From contig JALHMV010000001.1 in the NCBI GenBank assembly GCA_022843855.1, forward strand, positions 2,780 to 66,779: a DNA stretch of 64,000 nucleotides, read 5' to 3'. Below are positions 48,948 to 59,416 of this stretch, piece by piece. Position 1 is the stretch's first letter, and each line of letters starts with the position of its first letter. The position numbers were made by a program, and so were the translations under genes. Below the pieces are notes generated by a model that saw only the letters and a list, made by a program, of their open reading frames with translations, was not told the origin of the DNA and did not search any database. Source of the DNA: Patescibacteria group bacterium (GTDB taxonomy: Bacteria; Patescibacteriota; UBA1384; 2-12-FULL-50-11).

Positions 48948-51536
48948 ATGTCGTTTTTGTCTCGTTTTCTTGGTGATCCAAATCAGCGTGAAGTTAGTAA
49001 ATATACTGCCATCGTGACGGCTGTCGCTGCTCACGAGCCAACGCTTGAGCAGAAAACGGACGCTCAACTGCGTCAACGATCATTAGAACTCAAAGCCGAG
49101 ATCAGTGCATCGGCTCGCGAGATTTGGGATGCGGCCCGACTTATCGAGGATCGACCCGAACGGAATAAAACGATTAAACGGGCGATTAACGAACTCCTTG
49201 AAGATTATCAACCTGAAGCGTTTGCGCTTGTTCGCGAAGCTTCGAAACGGACAATTGGCCTCCGTCATTACGACGTTCAGGTTATCGGTGGGGCAGTGTT
49301 GCACCAAGGTCAGATCGCCGAAATGAAAACCGGCGAAGGCAAGACCCTTGTTGCGAGTCTCGCCCTCTACCTCAACGCCCTGACGGGACTAGGAGCCCAT
49401 CTCGTCACCGTCAACGACTATCTAGCTCGTCGTGATGCAGGATGGATGGCACCGATCTTCGATTTCCTCGGCCTATCAGTTGGGGTAATTGGCCCGCAGT
49501 TCGCATATGTCTTTGACCATGAATTTGAGAATAAAGATGAAAACGACGATCGCCTCAAGCGTCTCCGGCCGGTTGTGAAGAAAGAGGCGTATCAGGCGGA
49601 TATTACCTACGGTACCAACAATGAGTTCGGCTTTGACTACCTACGCGACAACATGACGCAAGATGTCGCTCCGCTTGCTCAAAGAGAATTAGCATATGCT
49701 ATCGTCGATGAAGTTGACTCAATTCTGATCGACGAAGCCAGGACCCCGTTAATTATTTCGGCCGCATCTAACGAATCTGCCGAGCTGTACGCGCAGTTTG
49801 CAGCGTATGTGAAAAAGCTGAATCCCGATACTGACTACACAGTTGATGAAAAAGCGCGGACGGCCTCGCTGACTAGTGCTGGGATACAAAAGCTAGAGCG
49901 TCTTGCCGGCGTTGCAAATCTGTACGATCCGCAGAACGTTACGTTAGTTCACCATGCCGATGTCGCAGTTCGTGCCCGCGCCCTTTTCCAAAAGAACCGG
50001 GATTACGTCGTTAAGAACGGCGAGGTGATTATTGTTGACGAATTTACCGGTCGTATGTTGCCTGGTCGGCGGTACTCGGCTGGCTTACATCAGGCCATCG
50101 AGGCAAAGGAACAAGTTGCTGTTAAGGAAGAGTCAGTTACGTTGGCTACTGTTACATTTCAAAATCTCTTTCGTCTTTACTCCAAGCTCTCTGGCATGAC
50201 AGGAACGGCTACGACCGAGGCCGAGGAATTTTCAAAGATCTACGGCCTTGAGGTTGTGACTATCCCAACGAACCGACCGAACCAGCGTATCGATCGAGAA
50301 GACGCGATCTATAAGACAGAGGACGCTAAGTTCCGAGCGGTAGCGGCGCAGGTCAAAGAGCTGACAAAGACTGGGCAGCCGGTCCTGATTGGAACGGTAT
50401 CAGTTGCGAAGTCGGAGCGATTATCAAAGTTTCTCAAGAATCTTAGCGTCGAACACACGGTCTTAAACGCAAAATACCATCAGAAGGAAGGCGAGATCGT
50501 CGCGCAAGCCGGCCGACCTGGAGCCGTGACGGTTGCGACGAACATGGCTGGTCGAGGGGTTGATATCATTCTCGGCGGACAACCGCCGGCAAAAGCGGCG
50601 GGCGCTAAGGACGTAAAAGCGTGGGAGAAGGATCACCAGCGCGTTATTGAGCTGGGTGGTCTGTTTGTGATCGGTACCGAACGTCACGAGTCTCGTCGTA
50701 TCGACAATCAGTTGCGTGGCCGTGCTGCCCGTCAGGGCGATCCCGGTGTTAGCCAGTTCTACCTCTCAATGGAAGACGATCTTATGCGTATCTTCGGTGG
50801 CGAGAAGATGAAGAGCTTAATGGAGCGCCTAAATATCCCGGACGATATGGCGATTCATAACAAGCTGATGAGTCGAGCCGTGGAGCAAGCCCAAACCAAG
50901 GTTGAAGGGCACAACTTTGAAATTCGTAAACATCTTGTTGAGTACGACGACGTTATGAATAAACATCGCGAAGCGATCTATCGCAATCGCGAACGAGTTC
51001 TGCGAGCTAATAGCCCCGAACAGGCTGATGAGCTCCATAGCTCAATCGTTATGAGTATGACCGAAGAAGAACGATCCTCCTACGATAGCAAGGCTAACGA
51101 CTGGTCAGCAGAGCTTCGTTTTAGCGTCGAAAGAGCGGTTACGTTGCGGGCAATCGATGTGTTATGGGTTGAGCATCTTCGATCAATGGAAGAACTTCGC
51201 GACAGTATCGGTCTTCGCGCTCACGGGCAGCGGGACCCGTTGGTTGAGTATAAGCAGGAGGCCTACCGCCTGTTTGGTCTGTTGCAGGAAAATATTAATC
51301 GACAAATTCGTGAGATGCTGCTCCATGTGCAGATTGAGAACTCGCCACCGCCGCCGCCAGCTCCCACGGCAACGAAACTCTCAGCCAGCGATTCAGGCGA
51401 GTCAGCGGCTCCGGTAAATAAAACAAAGATCGGTCGCAACGACCCGTGCCCGTGCGGTGCCGTTAATCCCGAGACTCAGAAACCGTATAAATACAAGAAC
51501 TGTGGTTTAATCAACGCCGCTCATCATCGGGGCTGA
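48948..51536 (+). CDS. secA: Protein translocase subunit SecA
   Basis: MKTGEGKT, DEVDSILIDEARTPLI, ATNMAGRG, GRNDPCPCG. Confidence 0.98.
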   Translation: MSFLSRFLGDPNQREVSKYTAIVTAVAAHEPTLEQKTDAQLRQRSLELKAEISASAREIWDAARLIEDRPERNKTIKRAINELLEDYQPEAFALVREASKRTIGLRHYDVQVIGGAVLHQGQIAEMKTGEGKTLVASLALYLNALTGLGAHLVTVNDYLARRDAGWMAPIFDFLGLSVGVIGPQFAYVFDHEFENKDENDDRLKRLRPVVKKEAYQADITYGTNNEFGFDYLRDNMTQDVAPLAQRELAYAIVDEVDSILIDEARTPLIISAASNESAELYAQFAAYVKKLNPDTDYTVDEKARTASLTSAGIQKLERLAGVANLYDPQNVTLVHHADVAVRARALFQKNRDYVVKNGEVIIVDEFTGRMLPGRRYSAGLHQAIEAKEQVAVKEESVTLATVTFQNLFRLYSKLSGMTGTATTEAEEFSKIYGLEVVTIPTNRPNQRIDREDAIYKTEDAKFRAVAAQVKELTKTGQPVLIGTVSVAKSERLSKFLKNLSVEHTVLNAKYHQKEGEIVAQAGRPGAVTVATNMAGRGVDIILGGQPPAKAAGAKDVKAWEKDHQRVIELGGLFVIGTERHESRRIDNQLRGRAARQGDPGVSQFYLSMEDDLMRIFGGEKMKSLMERLNIPDDMAIHNKLMSRAVEQAQTKVEGHNFEIRKHLVEYDDVMNKHREAIYRNRERVLRANSPEQADELHSSIVMSMTEEERSSYDSKANDWSAELRFSVERAVTLRAIDVLWVEHLRSMEELRDSIGLRAHGQRDPLVEYKQEAYRLFGLLQENINRQIREMLLHVQIENSPPPPPAPTATKLSASDSGESAAPVNKTKIGRNDPCPCGAVNPETQKPYKYKNCGLINAAHHRG

Positions 51537-52342
51537 TGTCGAATATCGATCTCAAGGGGGCGTTTGATCGGGCGAAGCGTTTCCATTACGGTGGAAAAAT
51601 CGCCGAAGCGCTACCGCTGTATCAAGATATCGCTGCATTGTCTCAAGAAGAGGGGGATGTATCCCGGGCAGCGGCTGCGCTCCATATGGCTGGAGACGCT
51701 GTTCGCTTGACGATCAAACGATCAGAAGAGTCGAAGTTTCGTGTTGCCAGCGCCTACTTCGGTAAGGCATATGCGATGTATGGTTCGATTGATAGAAAAG
51801 ACCGTCAAGGTGCTGTCTTAAGAGACATCGCAATCACCGCTGACCGAGTCGGCTGGTCAGCGGTAGCGCTTGAATCGTTCCAGCGTAGCATTCAGTTTCT
51901 CGGGGAAGTTGAAGATACTGCCGAGCAAGCAGCCACTTACGATAAGCTTGGGCTGCATTTTACGCTTCATCGGCAGCCCGATACGGGACTGATGTACATG
52001 GATAAAGCACTCGAGCTTCTGCGGCAGACACCAACCCAAGGTTGGTATCGAGCCTCAACGCTCTTAGACCGGGCCGTCACGCACTTGGCTCTCAAGAACG
52101 TCGACCGATCGTTCGAGGACGCGGAGGAGGCGCTTGGGTGGTTTGCGGCAGATCACGACGATCTCACCTATGTTGTCTGTCAGGCGCAATGCACGGGTTT
52201 GATGGCATATGTGAGCGAAAGACGAAACGATAGCGACAACGTTCAAAAGTACACTAGAGAGTTGAAACGCTTGCTTCAGCAACCTGACGCTGAAGTCGCG
52301 GCCCATGTCGAGGCTGACTTAGAGCAGTGGGCTAGCCTCTGA
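51536..52342 (+). CDS. TPR-like helical repeat protein
   Basis: Repeated helical pattern (A..Y..A, ALESFQRSI); start overlaps the secA stop. Confidence 0.65.
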   Translation: MSNIDLKGAFDRAKRFHYGGKIAEALPLYQDIAALSQEEGDVSRAAAALHMAGDAVRLTIKRSEESKFRVASAYFGKAYAMYGSIDRKDRQGAVLRDIAITADRVGWSAVALESFQRSIQFLGEVEDTAEQAATYDKLGLHFTLHRQPDTGLMYMDKALELLRQTPTQGWYRASTLLDRAVTHLALKNVDRSFEDAEEALGWFAADHDDLTYVVCQAQCTGLMAYVSERRNDSDNVQKYTRELKRLLQQPDAEVAAHVEADLEQWASL

Positions 52343-52391
52343 GCTGACGCTTTTTCTTCGGGGCGAGGCTTGATATGCTCGAACCACTGTC

Positions 52392-53144
52392 ATGACAGAT
52401 ATTTTGAATATCGGCTCGACGCTCCCAGCCGCTCCAACAGTCGTTGAGGCGCCTGATAAGGTGCCGTTAATCGAATTGCGACACGTTACGAAGCAATATA
52501 CCGCTAACGCCGCTCTGAAGGACGTCTCTATTTCTATAAGTGAGGGTGAGTTCGTTTGTTTGGTGGGCCAGAGCGGGGTAGGTAAGACAACGCTTATCAA
52601 ACTACTCACTCGCCAGGAGGCGCCGACGAGCGGTCAGATCTTCGTCGCCGGGCGCAACCTCGCCGATTTGCGTAACAGCGAAGTACCGTTCTATCGCCGC
52701 AAGATTGGGGTTATCTTTCAAGATTTCAAACTACTACCGCAAAAGACGGTGTGGGAAAATGTTGCCTTTGCGCTCGAAGTTTGTGGGGTGCCAGACGCGG
52801 AAATTAAGCGCCGCTGCGACAAGGTTATTGATTTAGTCGGCTTGGGCAGGAAGAAGAAGAGCTACCCCCACGAGCTGTCCGGCGGCGAACGCCAGCGTAC
52901 CGCGATCGCCCGAGCACTGGTTCACTCACCAAAAATCCTGATCGCCGACGAGCCAACTGGCAACCTTGACCCAATTAACACCTGGGAGATTGTCGAGCTG
53001 CTCTTTCGCATCAACTCACGCGGCACGACGGTTATTTTGGCCACTCACAACCGCCAAGTCGTTGATCGAATGCAGCGTCGGGTGATCTTGATGAAGTCGG
53101 GTAAGCTGATCTCTGATCAGAAGTCAGGAAAGTACGTAATTTAA
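52392..53144 (+). CDS. ftsE: Cell division ATP-binding protein FtsE
   Basis: GQSGVGKTT, RRKIGVIFQDFKLL, LSGGE, ADEPTGNLD. Confidence 0.95.
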   Translation: MTDILNIGSTLPAAPTVVEAPDKVPLIELRHVTKQYTANAALKDVSISISEGEFVCLVGQSGVGKTTLIKLLTRQEAPTSGQIFVAGRNLADLRNSEVPFYRRKIGVIFQDFKLLPQKTVWENVAFALEVCGVPDAEIKRRCDKVIDLVGLGRKKKSYPHELSGGERQRTAIARALVHSPKILIADEPTGNLDPINTWEIVELLFRINSRGTTVILATHNRQVVDRMQRRVILMKSGKLISDQKSGKYVI

Positions 53145-54083
53145 ATGGAAACATTTATCCGCATTATCCGGCTTGGGTACAACAACTTCTGGCGCAACCG
53201 CTGGTTAACGCTCGGCGCGACCCTACTTATGGCTTTGACGCTAACGATGATTAGCGTTTCGTTGATTATCTCGTTCATCATTCGTGACACCGCCGACGCC
53301 GTTCGCTCGTCGATCAATCTTTCGGTTTACTTTCGCGACGACGCGATTACTCTTGAGAGTATCAAGGCCCTTCAGAACCGTATTGATTTGATACCCAATG
53401 TTGTCGCCACTGACTACATTGATAAGGAGGAAGCGCTTCAGATTTTTCAGCGCTTGCCCCTCAATAAAAATGTCAAGGAACCGATTACGAGCGAGTTTAA
53501 TCCGCTGCCGCGTAGTCTCGAGATTGAAACAAAGGACGTTGAACAGTTGGAGGCGACGGTTGCTGCCATTAGCCAAGCAGACTCTGACAAGATTATCTGT
53601 GACGAGTGCCTGTCGTATACAAAGAACAAAGAAATCGTCGATCGCTTAATTGCTAGTACTCGTACGGCTCAACAGGCAGGTTGGCTGTTGAGCATCTTCT
53701 TCGGCTTAATCGCAATCTTCAACGTCTATAATATTATCCGCCTGACCATCACTGCCCGATCTGACGAGATTGAAATTATGCGCTATGTCGGTGCGTCCAA
53801 CGCGTTCATACGAGGACCGTTTATCGTTGAAGGTATCTTTTACGGCTTACTTGGGACAGCGGCAACCACGCTGCTCGTTCCGCTCTTAGCGGCGATTATC
53901 TCGCAGTATCAGGGGGCGAGTGGTCTGACAACTTTGGGTAGTGCGGCCGGTGTGCTAAACACAAGCTTCTTCAATTATGTCATCGATCATCTCGGCAGTT
54001 TAGTGCTCACGCAGCTCGTTATTGGTGTGGTTCTTGGTGTATTGGTCAGTGCCATCTCGATCCGTCGGTACCTGCGTGCCTAA
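53145..54083 (+). CDS. ftsX: Cell division permease FtsX
   Basis: NPLPRS, IRLTITARSDEIEIMRYVGAS..IRGPF. Confidence 0.93.
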   Translation: METFIRIIRLGYNNFWRNRWLTLGATLLMALTLTMISVSLIISFIIRDTADAVRSSINLSVYFRDDAITLESIKALQNRIDLIPNVVATDYIDKEEALQIFQRLPLNKNVKEPITSEFNPLPRSLEIETKDVEQLEATVAAISQADSDKIICDECLSYTKNKEIVDRLIASTRTAQQAGWLLSIFFGLIAIFNVYNIIRLTITARSDEIEIMRYVGASNAFIRGPFIVEGIFYGLLGTAATTLLVPLLAAIISQYQGASGLTTLGSAAGVLNTSFFNYVIDHLGSLVLTQLVIGVVLGVLVSAISIRRYLRA

Positions 54084-54138
54084 TTCTTGTACGTTTTGTG
54101 TTTGACTAAAAGGTAAACCGTTGTTAGCGTTAGATGGC

Positions 54139-55287
54139 ATGCTAAGCGGAGGGAGAGTCGTTCTACGAGCCCTATTAACTGTCGTCGCTATTGCGGCGCT
54201 CCTTGCTCCGTCGGCCGTCCAGGCGGAAACCCTTAGCGAACTTCTTGAGCAGCAGCGACGTCTTCAAGAAGAGCTCAAGCGAAAAGAGCAGCAGCTTAAG
54301 CAAAAACGAAACGAACAGACAAGTCTCCGAGGCGATATCGACGAGCTGGAGGCTGGCATTGAGCTAACTCTTTCGCGTATCAGCTCAACCGAAGAGCAGA
54401 TCGCCGTCGCTTCAGCTGTCATCGGTCAGCTATCGGAGGAAGTCACGGCCGAGCAACAGCAGCTCGATCTACTCAATTCCCGTCTCCGGAGCGCGTACGT
54501 TAGTCTCTATGAGCTCTCGCGAACCAGTAGCGCGGAGCGACTGGCGCAGGGGGACTCGGTCACCGACGTTGTCTCGCACGCCATGTATGTTCAGGCAATC
54601 CAGGATCAGCTTCAGTCAGACATCGCCAAATCAAGCGATGTGCTCACTGATCTAAGTAACAAGAAGGCTGAGAGCGAAAAGCAGAAGGCTGATCTTGATG
54701 CGCTCAAAACGCGCTTGGCGAGCGATAAAAGGTACCTTGACCGACAGCGCGGACAGAAGGAAACGTATCTGGCAGCTACTCGGCGAGACGAAGCAAAGCT
54801 TCAGGAGGATCTGAAGAAACTCGAGCAACAACGCGAGCAGCTCTCGGCTGATATATATGAAGCACGGCGTCGTATGGGCGGCGGTTCGACCGGTGGTACT
54901 GGTGGCTATCCCTACACTGGCTCGTGCGGCGGTGTTGATCCCTGGCTCTTTTACAAGTGCCAGTGTACGTCGTACGCAGCCTGGGCGTTTCTACGGGAGA
55001 CAGGCTTGGTTTTCTATAATACCCGGCCGGGCCAAGGGAGCGCCTGGAACTGGCCAGCGCTTGCACAGGACCAAGGCTATACCGTGTCAAGCTCGCCGCG
55101 TGTTGGGGATATTGTTTCGTGGCCGAAAGGAACCAATATGCCGTACGGACATGTTGCCATGGTGCGTGCAGTTCGGGGCAATCTAATCGATGTCGAAGAA
55201 TACAACTGGATTGCTCCCGAAGCGTACTCCTATCGACAGAACATCAACCCATTCGCCTACGGAACGCCGCGCTACATTCGACCGTAG
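54139..55287 (+). CDS. Coiled-coil plus CHAP peptidoglycan hydrolase (PcsB/CwlO-like)
   Basis: Signal peptide, long coiled coil, QCTSYA / GHVA / EEYN; directly after ftsEX. Confidence 0.88.
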   Translation: MLSGGRVVLRALLTVVAIAALLAPSAVQAETLSELLEQQRRLQEELKRKEQQLKQKRNEQTSLRGDIDELEAGIELTLSRISSTEEQIAVASAVIGQLSEEVTAEQQQLDLLNSRLRSAYVSLYELSRTSSAERLAQGDSVTDVVSHAMYVQAIQDQLQSDIAKSSDVLTDLSNKKAESEKQKADLDALKTRLASDKRYLDRQRGQKETYLAATRRDEAKLQEDLKKLEQQREQLSADIYEARRRMGGGSTGGTGGYPYTGSCGGVDPWLFYKCQCTSYAAWAFLRETGLVFYNTRPGQGSAWNWPALAQDQGYTVSSSPRVGDIVSWPKGTNMPYGHVAMVRAVRGNLIDVEEYNWIAPEAYSYRQNINPFAYGTPRYIRP

Positions 55288-55327
55288 TCTTCCGCTGACA
55301 ACTGTTACGATCTACAATTAACCGGCA

Positions 55328-55525
55328 ATGGACTTTGATCGACTCGTACTCTTCGGCTATGCAATCTTTTTGGCGGTCATGTTGGCGATTAACCTACTCT
55401 ACTTCTTTCAGATTTACCGATATCGCTTACCGGGCGATGCGTCGATCGGCATTCTGGTAATTCACATTATCCTCCTTCTCACGGTCATTGCTGGGACGAC
55501 GGTGTATATCGGAGCTATCAACTAA
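55328..55525 (+). CDS. Small two-TM protein
   Basis: 65 aa hydrophobic; coupled to the next gene. Confidence 0.6.
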   Translation: MDFDRLVLFGYAIFLAVMLAINLLYFFQIYRYRLPGDASIGILVIHIILLLTVIAGTTVYIGAIN

Positions 55526-56127
55526 TGCCGCATTTGATTGAGCAGAACATCGACACCAACGACGACGCCTTTTTATATCTCAATCTCCACGCTGACGAGA
55601 AGATTCATTATATTGTGCGACATCACTGGGCGGGCTTTTTAGGAACGTTAGGGTTGGTGCTCGGCATGGCTCTGGTACCGATTGTTTTGCTCTTTATTTC
55701 CGGGGCCCTGCTTGACGGCAGCCTTGAGGGTGCTGGGCCGATTGTCTTTCTCTTTATCTCTGGCTTCTTCGTCTTCTTATTGACGTTCCTGTTCGGCTCG
55801 TGGATCAACTACTACTACGACATCGTCTTTATTACCAATAAGCGCATTCTCAACGTCGACCAAAAAGGTCTGCTCTCGCGCGGCACCTCGGAATTGCCGA
55901 TGAAGCAGGTCCAAAACGTTAGCGCCCAAGTCGAAGGCTTTCTCCAGACGACGTTTAACTACGGAACGTTGGTAATCGAGACAGCCGGTGCTGGCACCAG
56001 CGACGACCCTAACCGACCCGGTCTCCAGGGCTACTTCACGATTCATGACTTGCCCGATCCCAATCGTTTAGCTCGAATCATTATCGAATTCCATCACCAG
56101 GCAGAAGCCGAGGATGATCCGAGCTAG
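55525..56127 (+). CDS. Membrane protein with bacterial PH domain
   Basis: RHHW, two TM helices, ITNKRILNVDQKGL, FNYGTLVIETAG. Confidence 0.8.
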   Translation: MPHLIEQNIDTNDDAFLYLNLHADEKIHYIVRHHWAGFLGTLGLVLGMALVPIVLLFISGALLDGSLEGAGPIVFLFISGFFVFLLTFLFGSWINYYYDIVFITNKRILNVDQKGLLSRGTSELPMKQVQNVSAQVEGFLQTTFNYGTLVIETAGAGTSDDPNRPGLQGYFTIHDLPDPNRLARIIIEFHHQAEAEDDPS

Positions 56128-58225
56128 GTGGCTACTTGCTTTCGGTCTTCTCTTTTTACCGACCCTTGCTCACGCTGACAATTTTCACGTACTGAATAAT
56201 CAAACAGTTTTTCAGAGTCGGGACCACGCCTATCGCGTCCGGAGCGTTACCAAACCGCTTCAGCGCGCCGAGCAAAGCGGGCTTGCTGGACCGTCGATAC
56301 AGATTGACCAGACCGTCTTTAGTTTTTTCGACGGTCAGCTTTTCAGGACGACTGATGGGCTACGCTACGACCCGATCGGTATCGGAGTCATCAGCCAGGC
56401 GACATTTACCAAGCGAGCGGAGAGTTACTTCTTAACCGGAATCCGTAACGGTCAGGTGGAGATTCGAATATTTATTGGGGGCACGTGGCACCTGCTCAGC
56501 GGTCCAGCTCTTCCATCCGCTTTTAGCGACGGCCAGCTTGGCAGTACTAATGGGAAGCTGACTCTGATCGTCTGGGAATCCGGGGAGCTAAAAGGATACC
56601 AGCTCGTAGGAACAGAGTGGCAGTTACGGTCAGCGGCACCGTGCACGGCCGCTACCACTTTTGTTGCAGAGCCGATTGTGGCTGCGTTTTGTACTGACAC
56701 GATAAGTTACCGTTTTGACGGCAATACATTTACCTCCCTTCTACCGGAGGCGTCGTCGTTGCGCTCTCACGGTTCACGACTATTGGTAGCCGGATCACCA
56801 ACTCAACCAAACCGGATCTTTCTCGTCACCACGCATGAGATAGATACGATCGAACTCGTTGCGCCGGAGCCGGTGAGCGCTTGGTATGTCGTGGGACTGC
56901 GGGTGCTGGCTGCTTTCCCAACAGCTGGTCTGTATGAATTACGTTGGCAGGTTGCCGACCCGACACTGATTCTGGTGACGCATCGCTTTACCGCTGTTGT
57001 TCCGATCAGTGGGATCGATGACGCTGTTGCAATCTCGGCGCATCCAGCCGGCTATTATTCAGAAGTCGTTGGCGCTTGGAACGTTGTCGCAACTGTCGGT
57101 GAGTTCAATCATGGACAACGAGTGTCGGGCGGTGTGTGGGTGTGGCAGACTAATCAGGCGCTGACAACGGGCGGCCTAGCTCAATTTCTCCCAACAGGTG
57201 CCGCGACGTTCGTAAAAGTTAACCCGTGGTCGTCAACAACGTCACCGGTTCAGAAGACGCATCTTGGCCAGCTGCCTGCGTATGTAAGCGTCATCACTAG
57301 CTCTGGTGCCGGTAACGTCAACCTCTATAGAAGCAACGACTATGTAACTTGGAGCCGTTTAACGCTGCCAACTGTCCCGACGTTTGTGCGTTCGATCGGT
57401 GAAGTGCGAACCTTGCCAGCCAGTAGTCTCGTTGAAACAAGCGGTACCGTTTCGGTGCCGGCGGGCATCGTCGGCGGTGATGTTCTTTACATCCAAGACG
57501 ACTCTGGTGGTATCCAAGTTTTCCTTTCGGCGAGTAAGGGGACTATGACTTGGGTGCCGCCGACGCACCTGCGCATCACCGGGGAAGTGAGCAGCAGCGC
57601 AACGAGTCGGATCGTTCTTGATGCCGCGGATGACGGGACGGCTCTGGGCACGGTCGATCCGGTTGTGCCGCGTCGGGTGGGGGTGGCTGAACTCGATCCT
57701 TTCCGCGGTCAGCTCGTCTCGATCGAGGACCGTGTCGTTGAGCTCGAGACGGACCGCCTATTACTTGGTGTTGATACGAAGGCGCATTTCGACCTCCTGG
57801 GCCAGAACATAAAGAATCTTTTTAGACTGGGCGACCGGATCGGGTTTTCGGCGATTGCGGACTGGAATACTAGTACAGACACAGTCGAGCTGTGGTACGC
57901 CGGGTTGGGTTATCAGGTTACAGACCGAGCACCGATTGCTGCGAAGACAACATCAAAAGCGACCGCCCAGAAGAAAACTTCATCCACAAAAACATCGTCA
58001 GCCGCCCCTGGGAAATCGGCCAGTGTTGCCGCGTCAATGAATGTCTCGCCCGCCAGAAAGGCGACGGTTCAACCGCTCGTCTTGGGGGCAGGGGAGCGGA
58101 GCGCACCGATCCAGTCACCTCCCCAAACAAGCCAGAGGTCCTCTTCGCTCGTTCTCGTTTTTCTCGGAGCAATTACGGGAATGTTGGCCGTTCAAGGGCG
58201 GCGTTTTCGACCCCTAACCAGATGA
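56114..58225 (+). CDS. Large exported protein (beta-rich, OB-fold-like, C-terminal anchor)
   Basis: Signal peptide (LAHA), LYIQDDSGGIQV OB-like motif, K/T/S linker, C-terminal TM plus RRFR. Confidence 0.65.
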   Translation: MIRARWLLAFGLLFLPTLAHADNFHVLNNQTVFQSRDHAYRVRSVTKPLQRAEQSGLAGPSIQIDQTVFSFFDGQLFRTTDGLRYDPIGIGVISQATFTKRAESYFLTGIRNGQVEIRIFIGGTWHLLSGPALPSAFSDGQLGSTNGKLTLIVWESGELKGYQLVGTEWQLRSAAPCTAATTFVAEPIVAAFCTDTISYRFDGNTFTSLLPEASSLRSHGSRLLVAGSPTQPNRIFLVTTHEIDTIELVAPEPVSAWYVVGLRVLAAFPTAGLYELRWQVADPTLILVTHRFTAVVPISGIDDAVAISAHPAGYYSEVVGAWNVVATVGEFNHGQRVSGGVWVWQTNQALTTGGLAQFLPTGAATFVKVNPWSSTTSPVQKTHLGQLPAYVSVITSSGAGNVNLYRSNDYVTWSRLTLPTVPTFVRSIGEVRTLPASSLVETSGTVSVPAGIVGGDVLYIQDDSGGIQVFLSASKGTMTWVPPTHLRITGEVSSSATSRIVLDAADDGTALGTVDPVVPRRVGVAELDPFRGQLVSIEDRVVELETDRLLLGVDTKAHFDLLGQNIKNLFRLGDRIGFSAIADWNTSTDTVELWYAGLGYQVTDRAPIAAKTTSKATAQKKTSSTKTSSAAPGKSASVAASMNVSPARKATVQPLVLGAGERSAPIQSPPQTSQRSSSLVLVFLGAITGMLAVQGRRFRPLTR

Positions 58226-59133
58226 AGCGATCTCAGCTTTTTAGCTCTCGACCACTCTGGTGGGAAGAAGGCGGGGTAAGCGATCCGACCGTAATCAACT
58301 TTTCCGGCAAGACTCACATGCTTTACCAGGCTGTTGGCAGCGATGGTTTGTCGCGCCTGGGGTTGGCGGTGGCTTCAGACGGAGAACACTTCGAACGACT
58401 AGACCTACCGATCCTTGAGGGCGACGAGCGAAGTACTCTCGAGCGACTTGGCTTGGTAACGCCGCGGATTACCCAGCTTGGCCGGGATTTTTACATAGCA
58501 TATGCTGCTCTTTCTGTTCATAGAGCAGAAAGCGTCAAGGCGCCTGACTTAGCCGTACCGTGGCGCAGTCGTATCTCGCTCCTTAAAACCCGCGATTTGC
58601 GCCGATTCGAACGCCTGGGCGCTGTCATGGCCGACTTGGACTCGCACGACCCCGTTTTGTTTCCTGTCCCGTTTCAACGTAACTACTGGCTGCTGCACCG
58701 GCTGGATAAAGGAATGCACGTCTCAATCTCGTCTAACCTCCGTAGTTGGGGCGGCGGTTACCAATTGCTTGAGCCAGAGGTTGGCTGGGAAGATGGCGGC
58801 ATCGCTGCTGCCTGCGCACCTGTCGAAGTCGCCCGCGGCTGGCTCCTCTTTTACAACGCACAGGACGCGAAAGGCGTCAGTCGGATCGGCGCCGTTCTTC
58901 TTGATCGACACAACCCCGCTTTTGTTATCGGTCGGACGACAGCACCGCTTTTTGAGGCGCAGGAAGACTGGGAGAAGCGAGGTAGTAGGTATCGCGGCGT
59001 CCGGCTGGGCGGCGCCGTTGTGGCCGGTGACGAGCTGCTGATGTACTACGGGGCTGGTGGAACCATTATCGGTCTTGGTACACTTTCAGTTGATGCGGTA
59101 TTTCAATCTCTCGGCCTTTCGGCAGCTCCGTGA
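58222..59133 (+). CDS. GH130-like glycoside phosphorylase (degenerate active site)
   Basis: SRLGLAVASDGEHF, PRIT, VLFP, IGAVLLD..NP..VIGRT, MYYGA. Confidence 0.75.
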   Translation: MKRSQLFSSRPLWWEEGGVSDPTVINFSGKTHMLYQAVGSDGLSRLGLAVASDGEHFERLDLPILEGDERSTLERLGLVTPRITQLGRDFYIAYAALSVHRAESVKAPDLAVPWRSRISLLKTRDLRRFERLGAVMADLDSHDPVLFPVPFQRNYWLLHRLDKGMHVSISSNLRSWGGGYQLLEPEVGWEDGGIAAACAPVEVARGWLLFYNAQDAKGVSRIGAVLLDRHNPAFVIGRTTAPLFEAQEDWEKRGSRYRGVRLGGAVVAGDELLMYYGAGGTIIGLGTLSVDAVFQSLGLSAAP

Positions 59134-59416
59134 GTACTGGCTGGAGTTTTCACTGAGTCGCCAAATCACCATCACCTGGATCGGTGTTTCGCTCTTCATT
59201 TCTGTTATCTTCTTCATCTCGCAGCTCGTTATGCCCGAGAACCCAACCGTTTTTCGTTACTTTCTGTCGCTCTACGCAATTAACTCGATTGTTCTGTTTG
59301 TGGTTATACGCGAGAACGCCACAGTCTCTTGGTTGATGCTGGCGTTCCTCTTCGCGCTCATACTCATCGTCGCTGCGTACTACGGACTGAACTATCTAAG
59401 CCTCGGGATCGGATGA
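59093..59416 (+). CDS. Small membrane protein
   Basis: Three hydrophobic helices; overlaps both neighbours. Confidence 0.55.
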   Translation: MRYFNLSAFRQLREYWLEFSLSRQITITWIGVSLFISVIFFISQLVMPENPTVFRYFLSLYAINSIVLFVVIRENATVSWLMLAFLFALILIVAAYYGLNYLSLGIG

